Source: Fibrobacterota bacterium
Lineage (GTDB): Bacteria > Fibrobacterota > Fibrobacteria > UBA11236
NCBI GenBank assembly: GCA_043753995.1
Contig: JAYUVP010000270.1
Location: 1-12,167, forward strand
Direction of reading: 5' to 3'
DNA length: 12,167 nt
Positions 1 to 7,615 of this stretch are shown piece after piece. A program made the translations under genes and the position numbers. Under the pieces are notes generated by a model. That model ran no database searches. It was not told the origin of the DNA and saw only the letters and a list, made by a program, of their open reading frames with translations. Position 1 is the first letter of the stretch; each line of letters opens with the position of its first letter.

Positions 1-369
1 TTGAAACACGACTATCTGGGCTTTTATCAAAGCGAAATCGAAAGGCGCCGAGAACTGGGTTATCCTCCTTTTTTGCGACTGCTTTTAATCGAACTGTATG
101 CGCCTGAAGAAAAGGATTTGCTTGCCGCCATGCGGGTTTTCGGCGAAGTCCTGCAAACCATGTCGTCCCGTGCCGAAGTCGAAATTCTCGGACCCGTACC
201 CGCCGCGATACGCCGCCTACAAGGGGATTGGCGTGGCCATATTTTGCTGAAAGGTGCTTCAGCCAAGCGCCTGCAATGGCTGATTTCAGAAGCTCGTCAA
301 ATCGCGGACAAACAAGTCCCCAAAAAAGTCAAAATCCGGCTCGACATGGATCCGCAAAACCTGCTTTAG
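1..369 (+). CDS. priA: Primosomal protein N' (replication restart helicase PriA), C-terminal part; gene begins upstream of the window
   Basis: HDYxxFYxxEIxxRRELGYPPF, GPVPAAIxRLxGxWRxHILLK and the terminal IRLDMDPQNLL match the PriA C-terminal domain pattern. The ORF is open at the window edge. Confidence 0.93.
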   Translation: MKHDYLGFYQSEIERRRELGYPPFLRLLLIELYAPEEKDLLAAMRVFGEVLQTMSSRAEVEILGPVPAAIRRLQGDWRGHILLKGASAKRLQWLISEARQIADKQVPKKVKIRLDMDPQNLL

Positions 370-410
370 CAGGGTGAGGAAAAGTCACCGCCCTGTAAAA
401 TCAAGAGCAA

Positions 411-465
411 GGGAAAGGTTCGCAGGCGCGCCCACGGAGGGTAAGGCGCGGCCTGCCCTAGTCCC
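411..465 (+). other. Extended GC-rich hairpin in the leader of the solute-binding protein gene
   Basis: Pairings: GCAGGC(422-427)/GCCTGC(451-456), GCGCC(428-432)/GGCGC(445-449) with G450 bulged, and outer AGG(416-418)/CCT(457-459) and GGGA(411-414)/TCCC(462-465). It ends immediately before GAGGG(466-470) and ATG 477. Confidence 0.5.
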
Positions 466-476
466 GAGGGTTTCGC

Positions 477-1892
477 ATGACCGGTCCTCCCATTGGTCTC
501 TTCCAGGTGACGTCTCTGCTACGTTACCTAGCACCAGCTCTGGCATTTTGGATTTTAGGTTGCGCGCCAAGCGCGCGTTTGCGCATCCTCATGCATATGC
601 CCGAATCACAACGAGCGCAATTCGAACAGGGCGTATTGAGACCATTTGAAAAAAAGGCCGATTGCAGGGTCGAGGTTAAAACCTACGCTTCAGTTGAGAG
701 CCTGGTGGATAGTTTGCGGCACCTACCCGATTCCTTGCAGCCGGATCTCATCGAATTACCTCATGAAATGGCCTTGCCCTTGGCGCAAGCAGGCTGGGTA
801 AAAAGAATGGAAGGACGGCTGGATGCGCTTCAAACTCAAAGTCTGAAAACGGATTTCTTTTTTCACGATTTGGGAAGGATCGAAAATAGCCAGTGGTTTT
901 GGCCTCACCATTTGGAGGCGCCGCTCATGCTCTATTTGAAGAGCCGGGTCATGCAGGCGTCTCGCTTTTGGGATTTGCAACAAGAAGAAATTAGCCGCGA
1001 CTTAAAAAAGCTTGGGGTGGCTGAAATCAGCCGTGATTATACCCTGGAGGCCGATGCCCAGCTCTGGGATCAACTTGACCTCTTTGTAGCGGCCAGCTTT
1101 TGGAAGCAACAGGAATTGCATGGAAGGCGACGCGCACGCGTCAGTCTTGGCCGGGGATCGCCACACGATATTACGCTGAACCTGATGAATAAGGCCTTGC
1201 AATTGGGAGCCACCTCGGCTGACTTGTTGGATTTAAAAAGCGATAAGGTGGTGGCGGCCTTGCGATGGCAGGAGGCCTTTTGCCGTGAAGAATTATTGCG
1301 TCCTGGTTCCTATCGCGGCGAAACCTTGGATAGCCTAGCCATCGCTTTGCAATCCGGCGAAGTCTATGCGGCAGAAGTCACGCCGCGCGAAGCTTTTTTG
1401 GTCCATGGCAATGGCACTTCGCAACTCCCAGGTTACCTATCCAAGCCTGAGGACATGGGCATAGCCCCCTTGCCCATGGCCCGGTGGCCCAACGATGTCG
1501 CTTCGGTTTCAGCCAAAGAGGGGGGACGGGGAGCGGCGACGCGCCTATGGCTTTGGGGTTTCGGCAAAGGTCGGGGAGATCCTGCCAAAGCCGCGGCTCT
1601 GCTGGATCACTTGTCCTCTACCCATAGCTTGGTTTTCGAGGCATCCCATTTCGGGCTCATTCCAGCACGTCGTGAGGTGCTTTCCGAATTGTCCCTCATC
1701 TTCGGCGGCGGCTGGGCCGGTGAAATTTTTAATGCCTCAGCGCAACAATTGATTGAAAACGGACAGGCGCGTCCGCCGCAATTGGAAAGCTTCTCCGAAA
1801 TCGCCAGACTTTGGTATCAAGCAGGTCAGGATATTTGTAGGAAGACTGAAACCCCTGCCTCGATTACCGAAATACGGCCCTATACGCGCTGA
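477..1892 (+). CDS. Extracellular solute-binding lipoprotein (ABC carbohydrate-binding-like, SBP family 1)
   Basis: Hydrophobic N-terminus with lipobox-like FWILG-C. SBP-like segments include VLRPFEKKADCRVEV, PDLIELP, FWPHHLEAPLMLYLK, DMGIAPLP, WLWGFGK, AAALLDHLSS and GLIPARREV. SD-like GAGGG lies 6 nt before the ATG. Confidence 0.75.
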   Translation: MTGPPIGLFQVTSLLRYLAPALAFWILGCAPSARLRILMHMPESQRAQFEQGVLRPFEKKADCRVEVKTYASVESLVDSLRHLPDSLQPDLIELPHEMALPLAQAGWVKRMEGRLDALQTQSLKTDFFFHDLGRIENSQWFWPHHLEAPLMLYLKSRVMQASRFWDLQQEEISRDLKKLGVAEISRDYTLEADAQLWDQLDLFVAASFWKQQELHGRRRARVSLGRGSPHDITLNLMNKALQLGATSADLLDLKSDKVVAALRWQEAFCREELLRPGSYRGETLDSLAIALQSGEVYAAEVTPREAFLVHGNGTSQLPGYLSKPEDMGIAPLPMARWPNDVASVSAKEGGRGAATRLWLWGFGKGRGDPAKAAALLDHLSSTHSLVFEASHFGLIPARREVLSELSLIFGGGWAGEIFNASAQQLIENGQARPPQLESFSEIARLWYQAGQDICRKTETPASITEIRPYTR

Positions 1893-2000
1893 AGAGCATC
1901 CGTTGCCCGATGCTTGACGCTAAATGGACTTGCCTCCAGGCATCTACTTTTAACCGCGCCGTTGCCGGAATGTCCAGCAACCCTAGCCCGGGAAATCACC

Positions 2001-2471
2001 ATGTCCGAACTTCCAGCCGCCCACGAAGACAAATTGGATCGCCTCTTTGCCATGCAAAGCGAATTGAACGATCGCATTTTCGCTAAAAAAGATTTGCGTG
2101 ACCGCGAGGGACATGTTTTAACCATGGCCACCTTGAAACGCGTGGCTGGCGGCGAAGCCCTGGGACCAAATACCGAGGTGAATGAATGGCTTGGCAAATA
2201 CCTCACCGCCATGGACGATGAGTCACGCGAATTACGGGAGGAATTGCTGTGGAAATGGTGGTCCAAGGACACCCTGGACATGCAAAACATACGCGTCGAA
2301 ATCATAGATCAATTGCATTTCTGGATGTCGCTGGCCCTAACCGCCGGCCTGACATCAGAATCCGTATTTGACATCTATATGCAGAAAAATGCCATCAATC
2401 ACCGACGGCAAGAGCAAGATTATAGCAAGAGCAATAAAGACGAGAATGAAAACAAGGCGATAGAGGTTTAA
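2001..2471 (+). CDS. Dimeric all-alpha dUTPase (dUTPase_2 / MazG-like NTP pyrophosphatase superfamily)
   Basis: LFAMQSELND, E-SRELREELLWKWWSK, EIIDQLHFWMS and YMQKNAINHRRQ are typical of dimeric dUTPases. ATG 2001 (MSELP), preceded by GGA, is preferred over the ORF-track start at 1914. Confidence 0.85.
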   Translation: MSELPAAHEDKLDRLFAMQSELNDRIFAKKDLRDREGHVLTMATLKRVAGGEALGPNTEVNEWLGKYLTAMDDESRELREELLWKWWSKDTLDMQNIRVEIIDQLHFWMSLALTAGLTSESVFDIYMQKNAINHRRQEQDYSKSNKDENENKAIEV

Positions 2472-2484
2472 GCGCCTTTAATTT

Positions 2485-3579
2485 TTACGGTACAAAGCAA
2501 GTCGGGGCCTGGGTTACATCAAGAACGGTGAAATTGCTTTCTTCTCCCGACTCCGAGGCCAATAAATCATCGCTGCTTTTCAGAGCAGAAGACGCGGTGC
2601 AAGCTGGCAGGGCCGTACCATTCGCCAAATATTGATCGTGCTTGAGCGTATCGTTAGCCACCCAAGCGGGAGCGGCACTCGCCATAGCATCCTTGTTTGT
2701 GACATAGACCGCCGTATCGGGCTGAACGCAGGCAGCCCCAGTCGCCGTGGTGGTGCCTCCCGCACAGCGTACGGTCACCACGGTTTCCGGAAGGCTGACC
2801 GTGTACTCAGGTAAAAGGATGGACACTTGTCGAGGAGTCGAATCCGGCGCTTTCGCCTCTGGTAGGGTGTCCAAAATGGAATTTGATTTATTGGTGTCAC
2901 TCACCAATACTCCCGTGATCACTTTGGTCGGGCTGGTGCGATATTGATCTAACCAAACCGCCGCGCGACCTCGTAATCCAAGGGGCCATGCACCCAAATC
3001 ATAGTGCCCCGCACTGTCGACACGCGCCTTAGCTCGTGTTCCTCGCACGATGACCCAACCCGATTGGATTCGCAAGCCGGACTCCAAAGTGATACGGCCA
3101 GCAAATCGCTTATTGGGCTCGGTTTTCAGACGAACGGAATCCTTCTTTTCCGGATTCAAAATCCAAACCGTATCCAGCACCACGACTCCCATGGAATCCG
3201 AGGCCTCGACCACATAGGTCCCGGGCTGGACGAAGCGCAAATGCAATTTGCCTTCTGGTGATGTCACCAAAGAATCGGATTTCCCCACCAAAATCGATTC
3301 TGCCTGAGAAATCACAGGATTGTAATTCGCCGCAAATACATGAACTCGCAAGCCCGGTGCCGGGCGCCCATCGCGTTGCTCAAAACGCATAGTCAAGCCA
3401 ACAGCAGGGTCTTCGCTCGTGTCGGTTCGGGTGATGCCATTGTCCGTGGTCGTGCCGGTTCCACCCATGCACCCGGAAAGCCCAGCCACCGTAAAGAATG
3501 CCGAGACGATTCCAATAAACGAAAGCCAAAACTTCGGGCGCGATCCAACTATCCAAAGCCGATTAATAGAGGGATTCAT
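2485..3579 (-). CDS. Putative lipoprotein with carboxypeptidase-regulatory/transthyretin-like beta-sandwich segments; partner of the TIGR02147 gene
   Basis: Signal peptide ends in lipobox LSG-C (Cys37), followed by the Gly/Thr tether MGGTGTTTDNG. Beta-sandwich motifs include DGRPAPGLRVHV, TSPEGKLHL, PGTYVVEA and VDSAGHYDL. It has an ATGA overlap with the upstream gene and a strong SD (AAGGAGG). Confidence 0.7.
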   Translation of the reverse strand: MNPSINRLWIVGSRPKFWLSFIGIVSAFFTVAGLSGCMGGTGTTTDNGITRTDTSEDPAVGLTMRFEQRDGRPAPGLRVHVFAANYNPVISQAESILVGKSDSLVTSPEGKLHLRFVQPGTYVVEASDSMGVVVLDTVWILNPEKKDSVRLKTEPNKRFAGRITLESGLRIQSGWVIVRGTRAKARVDSAGHYDLGAWPLGLRGRAAVWLDQYRTSPTKVITGVLVSDTNKSNSILDTLPEAKAPDSTPRQVSILLPEYTVSLPETVVTVRCAGGTTTATGAACVQPDTAVYVTNKDAMASAAPAWVANDTLKHDQYLANGTALPACTASSALKSSDDLLASESGEESNFTVLDVTQAPTCFVP

Positions 3580-4424
3580 TTTTTCCTCCTTCCTCGGCGG
3601 GGAGGCGGCGACGTCAACGGAAAGAGTTGCATGTTCAAGTGATAAACGCGATCGGGGCCGGGATCGTCACCGACTAGCTTCACTATTTCTTGTTGGGTTT
3701 GTTGTATAAGTCCAGTGATCCGTTGATAGGTCGGCTCAGAAAGACTGACTGTAGTACCGCTGAAATATCGCTCTTGCTTGGAAAACCGGGCGACGGCTTC
3801 TTCGGCCATATGCGCCATGGCTTGGTGAAATTTCGGCAAGAGCAAGCTTTGCACACCGGGATCGGTGCGCACAAAAGCCGTTGTGGCGCGGTAACGCCCA
3901 TCTTCTCCGCGTTGAATAAGACCCAGCTCCAAAAGCAAGCCTATAGCGCGCTTCACCTTTTTCGGTAACAAGGGAGGTGCGAGACGTTTGGCTAAGTCCG
4001 CGTAATTGTTGCCGGTAAAAGGCACGATGGCCAACATTTCTCGGATGGCAATATTAAACCAGTCGCGATAATATTCGTATTGCGCTTTTTCGAGCATTTG
4101 CTCGGCATTCGGGCTTTTCAAAGCCATGAGGCGATGGAAATGCTTGTCCTTTTCGGCGACGGTTCGTGCTTGATTGAAATAAACCAGATGGCGGAAAAAC
4201 TCGGCTTCGCCTTCATTGAGCTCTAAGGCTGCGCTGAACTTGGGAATGGATCCATCGGTGAGATCATGCTGACCTTCCATCACCCGCTTCAAATAGGTGG
4301 GGCCGGACATGCCAGCCTTGGTAAGGAAATACCGATGGGAAAAACCCTTTTTATTGGCCTTGGCCCACGCATAATAGTCGCGCAAAAAGAGGCGATAATC
4401 GCTGTATTGAAAGAGTGATTGCAC
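3576..4424 (-). CDS. TIGR02147 family protein (DUF4423), putative DNA-binding regulator with N-terminal HTH and central winged helix
   Basis: Hallmark segments FQYSDYRLFLRDYY, FSHRYF..KAG, YLKRVMEG, FFRHLVYFNQA, YEYYRDWFNIAIRE, LLLELGLI, FHQAM, RYFSGTT and VYHLNMQLFPLT. Likely start is GTG 4424 (VQSLFQY); the ORF extends to 4469. Confidence 0.9.
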   Translation of the reverse strand: MQSLFQYSDYRLFLRDYYAWAKANKKGFSHRYFLTKAGMSGPTYLKRVMEGQHDLTDGSIPKFSAALELNEGEAEFFRHLVYFNQARTVAEKDKHFHRLMALKSPNAEQMLEKAQYEYYRDWFNIAIREMLAIVPFTGNNYADLAKRLAPPLLPKKVKRAIGLLLELGLIQRGEDGRYRATTAFVRTDPGVQSLLLPKFHQAMAHMAEEAVARFSKQERYFSGTTVSLSEPTYQRITGLIQQTQQEIVKLVGDDPGPDRVYHLNMQLFPLTSPPPRRGRRKK

Positions 4425-4596
4425 CGATTTGCCGTTCCGTTCTGTCCCTATTGTAGCTTGTAAATCCACATTATTCAGGTCATTTTTTCATCAAAATGAA
4501 ATTAAACTTTAAAAATAAGGAGCTTTTGTAGTCTAAAGCATCCATAAATCAAAGAGTGCTCAGCACAGCCACCCCTCCAATTTATCTTCCACGGCT
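4425..4596. promoter_or_regulatory. AT-rich divergent promoter region between the TIGR02147 gene and the nfeD-floA operon
   Basis: Visibly AT-rich relative to the flanking CDSs. Contains the inverted repeat TCATTTT-N6-AAAATGA (4480-4499), a minus-strand -10-like TACAAT (4450-4455) and a plus-strand TATCTT (4583-4588). Confidence 0.6.
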
Positions 4597-6093
4597 ATGC
4601 TTGTCCGCTTTCCCTTTCTCAGCTTTTGTTTGTTTTGGCTTTTTTCAGTTGCTTTAAGCCATGCCTCGGTGATCCCACCGGATTCCGCGAATCCACCCGC
4701 GAGCGCGCCCAAGGTTGTAGTCATCCCCATCGAAGACCAAGTCGATTTTGGTCTACACGCTTTTTTAAAGCGAGCCATTGCCGAAGCCCTGGCACAAAAA
4801 CCTGACTATTTGGTTTTCCAGGTGAATACCTATGGCGGAGAATTGCAATCGGCCTTCGACATTGTCGATTTGATTTCCGGTATCACGGAATGCAGCACCT
4901 ATGTCTATGTCGAGAAAAAAGCCATATCGGCAGGGGCCTTGATCTCCCTCAGTTGCCGACGCATGGCCATGGGCGTGGGCACCACCATAGGCGATTGCGC
5001 CCCTATTACCCAAAGCCAGGACGGCATTCAAATGCTCGGCGAGAAAATTCAGTCTCCCCTGCGCGCCAAATTCCGTAATCTCGCGGAGCGCAATGGCTAT
5101 CCCTCCCTATTGAGCGAATCCATGGTGAGCATGGATTTAGGCGTGGTGGGCGCGTTTTTCGCGGACTCCACGCAAATACCCGAATTCTTCACTGCCAAAC
5201 AATGGGAAGCGCTTTCCGAAAAAGACAAAAAACGTTTCGCTAATCACAAATTGATTTTGCAGGAAGGCCAATTGCTTACGCTCACGGATGGAGAAGCCAA
5301 GCAATATGGTTTTTCCCAGGGCTCCTTCGCATCCCTCGATGCCTTTCTCGCCCACAAAGGCTGGACCAAACAGCAGACTCTGGCCACGACTTGGTCAGAG
5401 GATTTGGTCCGCTTCCTGGGAACCATGGCACCCCTTCTCATGATGGTGGGCTTCGGAGCCCTCTATCTTGAATTCAAAACGCCAGGCATGTCGGTATTCG
5501 GCCTCATTGGCTTTTTATGCCTCGCCGTGGTTTTCGGCAGCAAATACGCTATAGGCCTCGCCAATTACACTGAATTGCTTTTGTTGATTGCCGGATTCGC
5601 GCTCTTCATGGCCGAGATGTGGCTATTCCCGGGAACCTTTGTCGTGGCCGGAGTCGGCCTAATTCTCATGATGGCCTCCCTGGTATTGTCGCTCCAAACC
5701 TTTGTCATTCCCGATCCGGAAATGCCCTGGGAAATGCGCGGCCTGATGCGTAACCTAGCGATGACGGCAGCCATGGCGACCTTGGCCTTAGCCTTGCCTT
5801 TTTTAGCGGCGAAATGGCTGCTGCCGCATTTGCCCGGCGGATTCAAACTGGTTTCCGATGCGACTCTGGCAGGGGCCAACTCGGTGGCCGACGCTTTCGC
5901 AGAATTGCAGGCCGGCCAAAGCGGCCTGACCCATACCGCTTTAAGGCCCGCAGGCAAAGCTGAATTCAACGGCAAAACCTATGAAGTTCAGTCGCGCGGC
6001 GAATTCATTGAAAAGGGGGTGGCCATTACCCTCGTGCGCCTGACGGGAAATATCATCACGGTTCGCGCTGAGCGCGCCCAGGAGAATGCATGA
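4597..6093 (+). CDS. nfeD: NfeD family membrane-bound ClpP-class serine protease, long form (YqeZ/NfeD1b-like)
   Basis: Signal peptide, then VNTYGG, AISAGALI (catalytic Ser motif), TIGDCAPI, GEKIQS (Lys), GQLLTLT, the multi-TM region LYLEFKTPG...FPGTFVVAG and the C-terminal OB-fold TALRPAGKAEF...VQSRGEFIEKG. Confidence 0.92.
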   Translation: MLVRFPFLSFCLFWLFSVALSHASVIPPDSANPPASAPKVVVIPIEDQVDFGLHAFLKRAIAEALAQKPDYLVFQVNTYGGELQSAFDIVDLISGITECSTYVYVEKKAISAGALISLSCRRMAMGVGTTIGDCAPITQSQDGIQMLGEKIQSPLRAKFRNLAERNGYPSLLSESMVSMDLGVVGAFFADSTQIPEFFTAKQWEALSEKDKKRFANHKLILQEGQLLTLTDGEAKQYGFSQGSFASLDAFLAHKGWTKQQTLATTWSEDLVRFLGTMAPLLMMVGFGALYLEFKTPGMSVFGLIGFLCLAVVFGSKYAIGLANYTELLLLIAGFALFMAEMWLFPGTFVVAGVGLILMMASLVLSLQTFVIPDPEMPWEMRGLMRNLAMTAAMATLALALPFLAAKWLLPHLPGGFKLVSDATLAGANSVADAFAELQAGQSGLTHTALRPAGKAEFNGKTYEVQSRGEFIEKGVAITLVRLTGNIITVRAERAQENA

Positions 6094-6566
6094 ATTGGCT
6101 GCTACCCATCGCCCTACAAGGTTTAGCCTTCGCTGTGGCCATGGCCGAAATCGTCGTGCCCTCTTTCGGTTTGCTGTCCGCGCTTTGCCTGGGTCTGCTG
6201 GGCTATTCCTGGTATCTTATCGTCACCACCTTGGCCGGAGCGGCGATACCTATTTTCATCGCCGCCGACATCGCCTTGATACCGCTGGGATTTTTCTTGG
6301 GCATTCGATTGATTGGAAAATCTCCGCTGTCGCATCGATCCGACATGGGACAAGGCACGGGCATGGAAGACGGCGATCAACGCCTGCAAGCCTTGGTAGG
6401 CCTCATCGCCGTGGTTGAAGCGCGGCTACGCCCCTCAGGCAAAATCAAGTTGAACGAAGAGATTTACGAGGCCTTGTCTTCCGGGGAATTCCTGGAGCAA
6501 GGCACCAAGGCTCGCGTCGTGGCGGTGCAAAACGGCACCCTGCTGGTGGAGCCAGTGAATGGATGA
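6090..6566 (+). CDS. Short NfeD-family protein (TM helices plus C-terminal OB-fold, no protease domain)
   Basis: AEIVVPSFGLL TM motif and C-terminal LRPSGKIKL...EALSSGEFLEQGTKARVVAVQNGTLLVEP. ATGA overlap with the long nfeD. Confidence 0.88.
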   Translation: MNWLLPIALQGLAFAVAMAEIVVPSFGLLSALCLGLLGYSWYLIVTTLAGAAIPIFIAADIALIPLGFFLGIRLIGKSPLSHRSDMGQGTGMEDGDQRLQALVGLIAVVEARLRPSGKIKLNEEIYEALSSGEFLEQGTKARVVAVQNGTLLVEPVNG

Positions 6567-6634
6567 AGAGGCAGCCTCCGGGTGCCACTTTACGGAATGA
6601 AACAGATAAACCCCTCTCGCAAGGAACAGCATAA

Positions 6635-7615
6635 ATGCAACTTCCCGCTCTCATTTTGATCGCCGCCAGTGTCATTGGCTTAATCGCCCTTTTCGTGATT
6701 TGGAATTTTTTCTCGCTGTGGTTTCAAGCCTTGATGTCCAAGGCCGACGTGACCTTGGCGGCCCTCATCGGCATGCGCTTTCGCAAGGTGCCGGCTAAGG
6801 TGATCGTTGAGGCCAAAATCATGGGCCTCAAAGCCGGTCTCATGCTTTCGACTTCGGATCTCGAAGCGCATTATATGGCCGGTGGCCATGTTTTGCGCGT
6901 GGTGCAAGCCCTGATTGCCGCCGACAAGGCTGGCATTCCCCTCACCTTCAAGCGCGCCGCCGCCATCGACCTCGCCGGTCGCAATGTGCTTGAGGCCGTG
7001 CAAATGTCGGTGAATCCCAAGGTCATCGAAACGCCCCTGGTGGCCGCCATGGCCGTCGACGGCATTCAGCTCAAGGCTGTGGCTCGCGTCACGATTCGCA
7101 CCAATCTCGATAAATTGGTCGGCGGCGCCGGCGAAGAAACCATTTTGGCTCGCGTAGGCGAAGGCATTGTCTCGACCATCGGATCGGCACGCAGCCACAA
7201 AAGCGTGCTGGAAAATCCCGACCAAATCTCCAAGACGGTCTTGAGCAAGGGGCTGGATTCGGGCACCGCTTTCGACATTCTCTCCATCGATATCGCAGAC
7301 GTGGACGTGGGCAAGAATATCGGCGCCGAGCTCGAAACCGACCGCGCCGAGGCTGACAAGAAAATCGCCCAAGCCAAGGCCGAAGAACGCCGCGCCATGG
7401 CCATAGCCTTGGAGCAGGAAATGGTGGCCCGCGTCGCCGAGATGCGCGCCAAGGTGGTGGAAAGCGAAGCCCTTATTCCCATGGCCATGGCGGAGGCCTT
7501 CCGCAATGGAAATCTCGGTGTCATGGATTATTATGCCATGAAAAACGTGACGGCAGATACGCATATGCGCGAGCGCATCGCTGGCGGCAGCGAAGGTTCC
7601 AAGACTAAAACATGA
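6635..7615 (+). CDS. floA: Flotillin-like protein FloA (YqfA/UPF0365)
   Basis: Canonical FloA motifs [91 protein letters not shown] and [16 protein letters not shown] at 6621. Confidence 0.97.
   Translation: MQLPALILIAASVIGLIALFVIWNFFSLWFQALMSKADVTLAALIGMRFRKVPAKVIVEAKIMGLKAGLMLSTSDLEAHYMAGGHVLRVVQALIAADKAGIPLTFKRAAAIDLAGRNVLEAVQMSVNPKVIETPLVAAMAVDGIQLKAVARVTIRTNLDKLVGGAGEETILARVGEGIVSTIGSARSHKSVLENPDQISKTVLSKGLDSGTAFDILSIDIADVDVGKNIGAELETDRAEADKKIAQAKAEERRAMAIALEQEMVARVAEMRAKVVESEALIPMAMAEAFRNGNLGVMDYYAMKNVTADTHMRERIAGGSEGSKTKT

Noticed and set aside
370..476. SRP RNA, tRNA or known riboswitch in the priA-SBP gap
   Set aside because: It lacks the SRP domain IV motif (CAGG...GGAA...AGCAG), a cloverleaf with T-loop, and any aptamer consensus I can recognise. 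Kept only as an unassigned structure.
1914..2000. Extended N-termini from the ORF track (dUTPase 1914, TIGR02147 4469, M18 8458, queD 10254, SGNH 11760)
   Set aside because: Downstream starts fit family N-termini, RBS/promoter positions or signal peptides better. The SGNH extension would overlap the permease.
2472..4596. TIGR02147 cassette as a mobile element
   Set aside because: No transposase or integrase, terminal inverted repeats or target-site duplication were seen.
6680..7564. 294-aa antisense ORF opposite floA
   Set aside because: Shadow ORF expected from GC-biased codon usage of a conserved gene. It has no recognisable motifs and is fully overlapped by floA.
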